In this document: one piece after another, positions 9,157 to 17,797 of the stretch
How positions within the stretch are numbered: the stretch's first letter is position 1
How the letters are laid out: each line of letters opens with the position of its first letter
Assembly (NCBI GenBank): GCA_021806925.1
Contig: JAKAPS010000005.1
Span: forward strand, 80-64,079
Length of the DNA stretch: 64,000 nt
Reading direction: 5' to 3'
Source: a bacterium
Lineage (GTDB): Bacteria > Patescibacteriota > Dojkabacteria > JAKAPS01
The notes under the pieces: generated by a model
Database searches by the model: none
Told to the model about the DNA's origin: nothing
The model's input: only the letters and a program-made list of their open reading frames with translations
Position numbers and translations under genes: made by a program

Positions 9157-9196
9157 TTCTCTCAAAAAAGTGTGAACTTCACACATGGTTCCCATT
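9157..9196 (+). repeat. cassette-junction repeat R6 (perfect palindrome)
   Basis: TTCTCTCAAAAAAGTGTGAACTTCACACATGGTTCCCATT. Starts 8 nt after the stop codon and ends 104 nt before the next start. Confidence 0.85.
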
Positions 9197-9299
9197 CATT
9201 AGACATTATTGATAATATATATAAACTAATTCCTCTTTTGAATTTATATATACGCAATATGTATACAAATGTATAAATTTATGTATATAATCAAAGTAA

Positions 9300-10157
9300 A
9301 TGATACTTTTTTACACTCAAATAAACAACTCGATTATTTCTAATTTCAAGCAAAGCAATAACATCAATGTAACAACTAGTAAGTTAATACAACCTACAAC
9401 ATTAACATATATTAATGGAGTTGACTGCACAAAAGGTGACTATATAGTAGCATTATCTAAAACAATAGATACAACAACATCTACATATACATTTGATAAA
9501 TATTCAACATCGTCAGAATATAACACTTTATTTGTTGACTATTTAACAAGTTTAGGCATATTTGATAAAAGTGTGATTACTCAGAATAATTCTTCACTTA
9601 ACGACGTTGCATGTAATACAGAGTTAGCTATGAATATATACTCTTCAAGTAACCAAACTACATTTTCACAAAATAGGATTGATTTACTGAACACCCTATA
9701 TAACATAACAGGTACACTGCTAAAAAATAACAATGTATCATCTGTAAGCAACTTTGAATTTTCATTGTTAAACTATATCTTCTCATACCCTGATAACAAG
9801 TTCACAGTTGATGAAGCGGTTACTATTGCAATGAAGAAATACAATATAACTGCAGATCAAAACACCTCTACCGTTATATCCAGTTTTGCATATACATTTG
9901 AAACAGATGAAATGAATTTTGATAATTCATTCAGATATATTGAATTAATAAATAATAGTAAATCAATTTTAGTATTGTCATCAGAGTTGCAATCGACTCC
10001 AAAATCATACTCATACTCAAATCCCAATATATTAAAACTACTTCTACTTATATTTGTCATTTTAATATCTTTCGGGTATATATATAAAAGAATTTTTTCA
10101 TCAAAAATAAGAAAAAGTTCTAACAAAGTAAAAAATATAAACAATGATAAAACATAA
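9300..10157 (+). CDS. hypothetical S/T/N-rich protein with a C-terminal TM anchor
   Basis: C-terminal hydrophobic helix (LLLLIFVILISFGYIY) followed by basic residues. No recognisable domain. Start uncertain. Confidence 0.35.
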   Translation: MILFYTQINNSIISNFKQSNNINVTTSKLIQPTTLTYINGVDCTKGDYIVALSKTIDTTTSTYTFDKYSTSSEYNTLFVDYLTSLGIFDKSVITQNNSSLNDVACNTELAMNIYSSSNQTTFSQNRIDLLNTLYNITGTLLKNNNVSSVSNFEFSLLNYIFSYPDNKFTVDEAVTIAMKKYNITADQNTSTVISSFAYTFETDEMNFDNSFRYIELINNSKSILVLSSELQSTPKSYSYSNPNILKLLLLIFVILISFGYIYKRIFSSKIRKSSNKVKNINNDKT

Positions 10158-11100
10158 AACTGTAATAATTGGTTCTGGTCCAGCTGGTCTTACTGCTGGA
10201 ATATATCTAAAAAGAGCGAATTTGGATCCATTCATATACGGAGGCTATGAATATGGTGGGCAACTTCAAAAGACAACATTAGTTGAGAATTTTCCAGGTT
10301 TCCCTGATGGAATAGAAGGGCCAACATTAATGGAAAATATGATTAAACAAGTTAAGAATCTTTCTATTCCAATAGAGTTTGAAGACGCATTATCTATAGA
10401 AAAGGATGAAGATAATGGAGAATTTTTAGTATCATCAAAAGAACGATCTGTATCGACAGATAATGTTGTGCTTGCACTTGGATCAAATCCAAGGAAATTA
10501 TCTATTCCACTTGAAGAAAAATTATCTGGCAGGGGAGTATCATATTGCGCTACATGTGATGGTTTTTTCTACAAAGGAAAAACTGTTGCTGTTATTGGAG
10601 GAGGGGATAGTGCTTTTGAAGAAGCTCTCTACCTATCAAAGATAGCAAGTAAAGTATATTTAATACATAGAAGGGATTCATTTAAAGCATCAAATATAAT
10701 GATTGAAAGAGCAAAACAGAATTCTAATATTGAAATAATCACTAATTCAGAAGTACAAGAACTTATAGAAAGCAATAATGTTCTTGAGAGTATTGTATTA
10801 AGAAATACAAATCCTAGTGAAGATAGGAAAAGAATTGTTCTACAAGGATTGTTTGTTGCAATAGGGCATACACCAAATACATCCCTTTTTAGTAATATAA
10901 AGATTAAGGGAAAGGGTGAAGTAAAATTGATTGATGAAAATGGATACATACAAGTCAATGAATTTCTTGAAACAAATGTAAAAGGAATCTATTCGGCAGG
11001 TGATTGTGATGATCATATATATAGACAAGCGGTTGTAGCTGCAGCTGAAGGCTGTAAATGTGCAATAATGATTGAAAGACAAAGCACATATAACTCTTAG
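10144..11100 (+). CDS. trxB: thioredoxin-disulfide reductase
   Basis: FAD-binding GSGPAG, redox-active CATCDG, and NAD(P)-binding GGGDSA motifs. Confidence 0.85.
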   Translation: MIKHKTVIIGSGPAGLTAGIYLKRANLDPFIYGGYEYGGQLQKTTLVENFPGFPDGIEGPTLMENMIKQVKNLSIPIEFEDALSIEKDEDNGEFLVSSKERSVSTDNVVLALGSNPRKLSIPLEEKLSGRGVSYCATCDGFFYKGKTVAVIGGGDSAFEEALYLSKIASKVYLIHRRDSFKASNIMIERAKQNSNIEIITNSEVQELIESNNVLESIVLRNTNPSEDRKRIVLQGLFVAIGHTPNTSLFSNIKIKGKGEVKLIDENGYIQVNEFLETNVKGIYSAGDCDDHIYRQAVVAAAEGCKCAIMIERQSTYNS

Positions 11101-11138
11101 AACACATTTTAATACATTAAATATATGAATATGAATTT

Positions 11139-14054
11139 ATGCTAAATAAAGCACAAGAAGAAACGATTAAAGCAGAAGATAGTAGAATTCTTGTGGTTGC
11201 TGGTGCTGGAACTGGAAAGACACATCTTTTAATTCAAAAGATTAAACATTTAATAGAAGAAAAAAATATATTACCAGAACATATACTTGGTATAACATTT
11301 ACAGAAAAAGCTGCTAATGAAATTATTTCAAGATTAGAGGCAGAATTAGGTTATAGATCTTTAAATGTAGAACTAAAGACATTTCACAAATTTGCTCTTG
11401 ATATATTAGGTGAATATGGAGAAATCATAGGACTACAGAAAGATTTCAAAGTCCTTGAAAATATCAATGAACTTAACTTTATGCAATCTAATATATTCAA
11501 ATTGCATTTAAATAAATTATTGCCTTTACAAAATCCATATAAATTTACTCAAAGTCTTATTGATTTCTTTTCAAGGTTAAATGATGATTTAATCACTCCT
11601 GAATACTTTAAAGAGCTAATTACTAGAAAAGCATATTCTCCTAAAGAGGTAGATGATAACTATAAAGAGATTTTTCTTGAAATATATAGTGCATTCAAGG
11701 AATATTCTACATTAAAAATACAAAATGGATTTGTTTCAATCTACGATTTGATTCCATACATGTATAGACTATTAAAAGAGAATCCGTATATATTATCAAA
11801 AGTAAACTCACACTTTAAATATATTCTTGTTGATGAATTTCAGGATACTAACGTAGCACAATATATGGTACTTAAGTTATTAGATCCTAAGCAATTAATT
11901 CTAGTAGGTGATGATGACCAATCAATATATAGGTTTCGTGGAGCAGACTACAAGAATATTCTTGAAGTTAATAATGATTTTAAGAATGTTAAAAACATTG
12001 TTCTACACGAAAACTACAGATCTAATCAGGATATATTAGATATAGGATATGCTTTGCTTCAATTCAACAATCCTAATAGACTTGAATATACGCTAAAAAT
12101 AGATAAAAAGCTTATAGCAAAAAAGAATAATAATACAAAGAATGGGAATATTGAATATGTAGAGTTCAATTACTATTTTGAACAATATGAATATATTGCG
12201 CATAGGCTAAATGAATTGAAAAATACTGGCAAGTACAGTAATTTCGCGATTCTACTAAGAAGTTCAACAAGATCAGTTGAAATAGCAAAAATATTGAAAA
12301 ACAATGGAATAAAATTTACAAACTCATTCGATAGTGGTCTATTAGAAGATGAAGAAATCAAATTACTTTTATCATTTTTAAAAGCAGTTAATGACTTTAC
12401 AGATGATTTATCTTTGTTTAATACTCTGAAATCAAGAATATATAATATTAACTATATTGGATTAAAGAATATTTCAATTAATGCTAGAAGAAATAACAAA
12501 ACAATATATGAATATATTAAAAATAGCTTAGAAAAAGATTATCAATCCATTATAGGAGAGCGTGAATATACCTCTATACAAAATGCTATTGATAATATTG
12601 ATAAATATAGAGCAATGGATAAAGAGAATAATGCAGGTGAGATTTTAAATTCATTCATTCATGAAACTAAATTTTTAGAGACTATTGAAAATGTTGAATC
12701 TATTGAAAGTGTTACCAAGCTATTTTCAAAAATTGATAAGTATTTTAAAACTAACAATAACAGATCTCTTGAGGATATTATTAACTATTTTAACATTGCA
12801 GAAGAATCTGGTAAATCAGATGACCAGGATATATTTGACTTATCTCAAATGAGTGATGTTAATATTTTAAGTATACATAAAGCTAAAGGTATGGAGTTTG
12901 ATGTTGTATTTCTTCCTGATTTAACTGACAAGATATTTCCGCTATATCAAAATTCATCGAACATGTTCTCATTCTTTGATGATAATGAAACAATGGAAAA
13001 TTTGCTCGAAGAAAGAAGGCTAATGTATGTGGCCATTACTCGAGCAAAAGAAAAGCTATATATTCAAAGTGCTAAAAACTACTATTCTTCAGTCCTGAGA
13101 AAACCTTCAAGATTCTTGTACGAGATGGGAATTATTAATAGTAGTACCAACAGCAATTTAGAGGAAAATATAGATGATACTTCACATAAAGAGAGAAATA
13201 TTGATTCAAAAATTGATACCAATGGAAAAGGTATCACTAATTATATAGCTCCACATACGGTGGAAAGAAATAGTAACGAAGAGGACAATAAACAAATTAT
13301 TGAAATCAATTCTTCTGATATCGATGACTTTATAGAATGTAAGTATAGGTATTTTCTTAGCTCAACATATGGAGTAACAAAAAAAACGTACAATTTGAAT
13401 TTTGGGTCTACTATTCATGAACTTATTGCGGAATATTTTTCACGATTTAAGAATAAATCAGAACAAAATGGGTTCAGCAACGAACAGAGTAAAGAAGAAT
13501 ACATAAATCAATTATTGGACAAATTTGAAAAGAATTTCTCTTCTTTCGGATTCAAATCAGTTGAACATGAGAACCTCTACTACAATTTAGGAATAAAAAT
13601 CATTAATAATTTAGGTAAATTTGATAATATTGTCAATGATATTGACAATATACTAATAGAATATCCTCTGAAAACAAAAGTATTTGATAAGTTTCTAATT
13701 CACACACGATTTGATTTGGTAAATACAAAATCAAATGATATATATGAGTTTAAAACTACAATTGTCGAGAACGAGGAGGAGGCCATGGATAGATTTGATA
13801 AAAGCTATCAATTACGTATTTTTGCATACTGCTACAATAAAGTATATGGCATTAACCCAACGATTCATCTATATTTTCCAAGCAATGGAGTAATCTGCTC
13901 AAAACAATTCTCAAAAACAATACTTAATAATACAGAGAAAAAGCTTGATGAGATATATTTGCAACTTCTTGAAAAAAACTTCCAGCCTACAAGCGGAGAA
14001 TATTCGTGTAGATATTGTAATCTAAAGGATATGTGCAAATATAAGTTTAACTAA
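11139..14054 (+). CDS. UvrD/PcrA-like helicase fused to a C-terminal PD-(D/E)XK nuclease with Cys cluster (AddA/AddB-like)
   Basis: Walker A GAGTGKT, DEFQDT and helicase motifs are present. The C-terminus carries C-x...CRYCNLKDMC, resembling the Fe-S cluster of RecB-family nucleases. Confidence 0.7.
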   Translation: MLNKAQEETIKAEDSRILVVAGAGTGKTHLLIQKIKHLIEEKNILPEHILGITFTEKAANEIISRLEAELGYRSLNVELKTFHKFALDILGEYGEIIGLQKDFKVLENINELNFMQSNIFKLHLNKLLPLQNPYKFTQSLIDFFSRLNDDLITPEYFKELITRKAYSPKEVDDNYKEIFLEIYSAFKEYSTLKIQNGFVSIYDLIPYMYRLLKENPYILSKVNSHFKYILVDEFQDTNVAQYMVLKLLDPKQLILVGDDDQSIYRFRGADYKNILEVNNDFKNVKNIVLHENYRSNQDILDIGYALLQFNNPNRLEYTLKIDKKLIAKKNNNTKNGNIEYVEFNYYFEQYEYIAHRLNELKNTGKYSNFAILLRSSTRSVEIAKILKNNGIKFTNSFDSGLLEDEEIKLLLSFLKAVNDFTDDLSLFNTLKSRIYNINYIGLKNISINARRNNKTIYEYIKNSLEKDYQSIIGEREYTSIQNAIDNIDKYRAMDKENNAGEILNSFIHETKFLETIENVESIESVTKLFSKIDKYFKTNNNRSLEDIINYFNIAEESGKSDDQDIFDLSQMSDVNILSIHKAKGMEFDVVFLPDLTDKIFPLYQNSSNMFSFFDDNETMENLLEERRLMYVAITRAKEKLYIQSAKNYYSSVLRKPSRFLYEMGIINSSTNSNLEENIDDTSHKERNIDSKIDTNGKGITNYIAPHTVERNSNEEDNKQIIEINSSDIDDFIECKYRYFLSSTYGVTKKTYNLNFGSTIHELIAEYFSRFKNKSEQNGFSNEQSKEEYINQLLDKFEKNFSSFGFKSVEHENLYYNLGIKIINNLGKFDNIVNDIDNILIEYPLKTKVFDKFLIHTRFDLVNTKSNDIYEFKTTIVENEEEAMDRFDKSYQLRIFAYCYNKVYGINPTIHLYFPSNGVICSKQFSKTILNNTEKKLDEIYLQLLEKNFQPTSGEYSCRYCNLKDMCKYKFN

Positions 14055-14506
14055 TCTTGAGAAATATTTACTGCCTTTGTTCTCTGCATATCTATTACAT
14101 CAGCAAGAAATTCCCTTATCTTGGATGCATCTCTCTTTGATATCTTCTCAATTGTAACCTCTGATTGATCAGAATGAACAATAACGACAGTTGCTCCAAT
14201 TATATGTTGAATCACCTTAACAGAATCCATTAGCCTTATTCCTATTTCATCAACATCAGTGAATAGTCCCCATAATTTTTTTGTAACAACCTTAGCCTTC
14301 TTTGCACCAACGCAATAAGAAATAGGGTTTATAGGTGTTAATATAAACAATGAATTTGCATTTACAATATTGTCATCAATATTATCAATAACATATAAAA
14401 CATCTTTTTCCTGGAATCCTTTTGAAACTAAAGCAGATACTATGTCTGCTTCAGCTATATCTTTACCTATGAGTTTAAGCACTTGACTAACTATTTGTCT
14501 ATCCAT
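14051..14506 (-). CDS. hypothetical protein
   Basis: 151-aa ORF with no recognised motifs. Overlaps the helicase stop by 4 nt. Confidence 0.35.
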   Translation of the reverse strand: MDRQIVSQVLKLIGKDIAEADIVSALVSKGFQEKDVLYVIDNIDDNIVNANSLFILTPINPISYCVGAKKAKVVTKKLWGLFTDVDEIGIRLMDSVKVIQHIIGATVVIVHSDQSEVTIEKISKRDASKIREFLADVIDMQRTKAVNISQD

Positions 14507-14701
14507 AAATTTCTATTGCTGATAATACATGAATATATATAATATATCAAGATTTATAAAAATCTTTCTTTTCCCATTTCAAAGAAGAATTTTGTAATCC
14601 AATGTTGGGTTACCAGGAAATCGCATGCTGTATAAATTCGATATTAATGACCAACACTCTCACCTTAGATTTAAGGTATTAACTTTTATAAGAATAAAAT
14701 C

Positions 14702-15350
14702 TTAAAGATTACTACTTTGCAGCTTTTTGATAATTTCTTGCCATGTATCTTCTATAGATCCATCATTGTTAATAATATGTATTTCAATACCGTTCTTTGA
14801 CTGAATATCAACAATCTCCTTGTATGTTTTTCTAAGCTTCTCTTGAATACTAACATTTAATTCATCTTTTTTTAATGTATGTTTTCTGGTCATATAAAAT
14901 ATAACTGGGTTTGGAATATTTCTCCAAAACATCACTTCTACCTGACAAATAGCTAAAGCTGTCTTCTTATCCATGTTTAACCTACCATATGCATAAGTAC
15001 TCCACCAATATCTATCCAATATTACATATCCATTACTTTTACCATCAAAGGTCGGCCTTATAACTTTATCTATACACTCTATTTGTGCTGACATATGTAG
15101 AAATTGCAAAGATGCAGGTGATATATCATATATATTTGGTTGCCCATCTAGTTTGTTATGTATCATTCTATATATATATATATTCTCCAAATGTATTTGG
15201 TTTATTACCTGGAAATGCCTCATATGCTATATTTGCAGATTCTGAAAGTATGTTTTTATAGTATTCGTAAAGCATATGTGAATAGGTTGATTTTCCTGAG
15301 CCATCAAAACCTTCAAACACTACAAACTTTAGTAATTTTATTTTATTCAT
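14702..15350 (-). pseudogene. tmk: thymidylate kinase split by an apparent frameshift in a (TA)7 tract
   Basis: N-part (FVVFEGFDGSGKST P-loop, 15168-15350) and C-part (...ILDRYWWSTYAYG..., 14702-15223) are in different frames. They overlap at TATATATATATATA (15169-15182). Adding one TA restores ...FGEYIYIYRMIHNK... in a single frame. Confidence 0.7.
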
Positions 15351-15575
15351 TATTTTATATCGTTATAATACATATATATATTCGATTCTGAAGTAAAATA
15401 CCAGTCTGTATCGAATATGTATCGCTTTTTAATATCCTATTAATCCATTAATCAATTAAAGAACATATTTAATATATCAAAAAAAAACATAAAAATAAAA
15501 GACAAGATGTTGTAAATAGTTGTATATTGACAACACAACCATGTTTTGATATCCTAACAATACAGTTAAATTACT

Positions 15576-16160
15576 TTGTATAATAAGAATTATAGATATA
15601 AAAGGGAAAGGTTTGAGGATAAATACAGGACAAATGGACAAATCCCACCGATTAATTTACGAGTTATAGGTTCAGATGGTAGCCAGATAGGCATATTGCA
15701 TAGAAACGAAGCTCTTAGACTTGCAACAGAGCAGGGTCTTGATTTAATAGAGATTTCAGCTAAGGTACAACCTCCAATTGTAAAAATAATGGATTTTTCA
15801 AAATTCAAGTTTGAAACATTAAAAAAAGAAAAGATATCAAAAAGGAACAATAAACAAAAAGAAGCTAAGGAAATGAGGTTTAAACCTCTAATAGGGGAAA
15901 ATGATTTAAATCACAAAGTATCAAGAATAATTGAATTCTTAGGAGATAAAAGGAATGTAAAAATAACTATTCTATTAGGCAGAAAAAGCTTACCTGAAAA
16001 AGCAAAGCTTCTAATGAGTAAGATACTTGAAAAATTAAGTGAATACTGTATAATAGAGGGCGAGGTTTCTTATGAAGCAAGAAGAGTCATTTGTTTTGTA
16101 AGACCATCAAAAGTTGTACCAAAACAAAATGAAAATAAGAACAAAAAAAACACTGAGTAA
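15576..16160 (+). CDS. infC: translation initiation factor IF-3
   Basis: Conserved N- and C-domains (PPINLRVIGSDGSQIG..., ...KIMDFSKFKFE...). The true start may be a non-AUG codon, as is common for infC. Confidence 0.8.
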   Translation: MYNKNYRYKRERFEDKYRTNGQIPPINLRVIGSDGSQIGILHRNEALRLATEQGLDLIEISAKVQPPIVKIMDFSKFKFETLKKEKISKRNNKQKEAKEMRFKPLIGENDLNHKVSRIIEFLGDKRNVKITILLGRKSLPEKAKLLMSKILEKLSEYCIIEGEVSYEARRVICFVRPSKVVPKQNENKNKKNTE

Positions 16161-16335
16161 AAGATTTAAACTCTCACATCCTAAGAGAGGAATAAGTAAA
16201 CTTGTATTTACATCTCCAGGATTTGCACATGGGTTTACAAAAAGAAGAGTAACAAGAAATATCCGAGGTAAAAACAGTAAAACTCTTTCCAGTCACGTAC
16301 AAAGTAAAGAGTTATTAAAATACGTAAAAAATTAA
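16129..16335 (+). CDS. rpmI: 50S ribosomal protein L35
   Basis: MKIRTKKTLSKRFK... is basic and L35-like. Lies between infC and rplT in the canonical operon. The ORF-track start at 16114 overlaps infC; 16129 is more likely. Confidence 0.7.
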   Translation: MKIRTKKTLSKRFKLSHPKRGISKLVFTSPGFAHGFTKRRVTRNIRGKNSKTLSSHVQSKELLKYVKN

Positions 16336-16345
16336 AATATAATTT

Positions 16346-16711
16346 ATGAGAACTAAAACAGGTGTCGTAAGAAGACATTCACATAAAAAGATTCTAAAAT
16401 CTACAAAGGGATATAGGTTATCTAGAAATCACTTAATAAAAACAGCAAAAGATGCATTCTTACATGCTGGTCAATATGCATTCAATGGAAGAAGAAAGAA
16501 GAAAGGTGCTTTCAGAAATATATGGACTTTGAGATTAAATGCAGCTTTGAGGCAGAATGGAATAAATTATTCAAAATTTATTCATTTGCTTGACACAAAA
16601 AATATCAAATTAAACCGTAAGGTTCTTTCTACTATTGCGTTTGAGGATTCCAACATTTTTGCTGAAATAGTAAATAATATTGTGAATATAAAGACAAAGA
16701 AGAATGAATAG
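16346..16711 (+). CDS. rplT: 50S ribosomal protein L20
   Basis: MRTKTGVVRRHSHKKIL...GQYAF.GRR.KK..FR.IW..R.NAA.RQNGI.YSKFI matches L20. Confidence 0.9.
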   Translation: MRTKTGVVRRHSHKKILKSTKGYRLSRNHLIKTAKDAFLHAGQYAFNGRRKKKGAFRNIWTLRLNAALRQNGINYSKFIHLLDTKNIKLNRKVLSTIAFEDSNIFAEIVNNIVNIKTKKNE

Positions 16712-17795
16712 TAAGAATAAGAATATTTTTGATTATAGCAAAATAAAATCAGCTAAAGATTTAGAAGAAATTGTTAGTAGTATATTTTGTTCTGAGGATT
16801 TAGATAAAGAGCAGAAAAAATATAAAATACTAGGTAGAAATGGTTTAATTCAAGAATTCTTTGATAATTTCTCATATATTCAAAATATATTGAATATAGA
16901 AAGATCCGATCTAGGAATAATTTTGAATAGAATTAAAAGTGAATATACAGAAAAATTAAAAGATGAAATACAAGACACTAGGAACAACACCAATAATACA
17001 TTTGACCCAACTCTGGAATACAAGAATCAACTAATTGGTGGCAAGCACCCCTTAAGTGTAGAGGTTAGTAAAATAAATGAAATAATGATTTCACTAGGGT
17101 TTAGTGAAGAAGAATATCCTACACTTGTAACTGATTTTGAGAATTTTGAATCTATTAATATACCTAAGGAGCATCCTGCAAGAGATATGTGGGACACATT
17201 TTGGATTGATGAAAAACATCTTTTAAAAACACAAACTACTGCGTTTCAAAATAGTATATTATCAAGAGAGTTAAAAAAAGGAAACGATTTTAAGCCTATA
17301 AGGGCATTCACTACTGATGTATGCTTAAGAAATGAAGCAACAGATACAAGGCATGAAATATGTTTCTATCAGACTGAAGCACTTTACGTAGAACATAATA
17401 ACTCTGTTAATATGGTTATTCTATTAAATTTGATTAGAAGCGTTTTCAGCCTGTATTTTGATAATTCAAATATAAAGGTTAAGACTAGACCTGCATTTTT
17501 CCCTTTTGTTGAACCTGGAATTGAGGTGGCGTGTGAATGTATATTCTGTGGTGGAAAAGGATGTAATACATGTTCACAATCAGGTTGGATTGAAATGGGC
17601 GGAGCAGGACTTGTTCATAGAAACGTCTTTATGAACGCTGACGAATCACTTAAGGATAAATATAGCGAATACTCTGGACTTGCGTTTGGGTTTGGCTTTG
17701 ATAGAATGGTTCTTCTAAAGAATAAAATTAATGATATCAGGTACTTCAGAAATAAAGATATTAATATTGATCTATTTAAAAATACGGTTAAATAA
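16704..17795 (+). CDS. pheS: phenylalanine--tRNA ligase alpha subunit
   Basis: Class II aaRS motifs (HPARDMWDTF, FRNE, GLAFGFGFDRM) and the operon position fit pheS. Confidence 0.85.
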   Translation: MNSKNKNIFDYSKIKSAKDLEEIVSSIFCSEDLDKEQKKYKILGRNGLIQEFFDNFSYIQNILNIERSDLGIILNRIKSEYTEKLKDEIQDTRNNTNNTFDPTLEYKNQLIGGKHPLSVEVSKINEIMISLGFSEEEYPTLVTDFENFESINIPKEHPARDMWDTFWIDEKHLLKTQTTAFQNSILSRELKKGNDFKPIRAFTTDVCLRNEATDTRHEICFYQTEALYVEHNNSVNMVILLNLIRSVFSLYFDNSNIKVKTRPAFFPFVEPGIEVACECIFCGGKGCNTCSQSGWIEMGGAGLVHRNVFMNADESLKDKYSEYSGLAFGFGFDRMVLLKNKINDIRYFRNKDINIDLFKNTVK

Positions 17796-17797
17796 TT

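Noticed and set aside
3813-9196. Interpreting the ~40-bp repeats as canonical integron attC sites or as a CRISPR array
   Set aside because: The sequence has no R''/R' cores (RYYYAAC / GTTRRRY), and no intI or cas genes are in the window. The spacers are whole genes (0.3-1.6 kb), not 30-40-bp spacers. I kept it as an attC-like or repeat-punctuated cassette hypothesis only.
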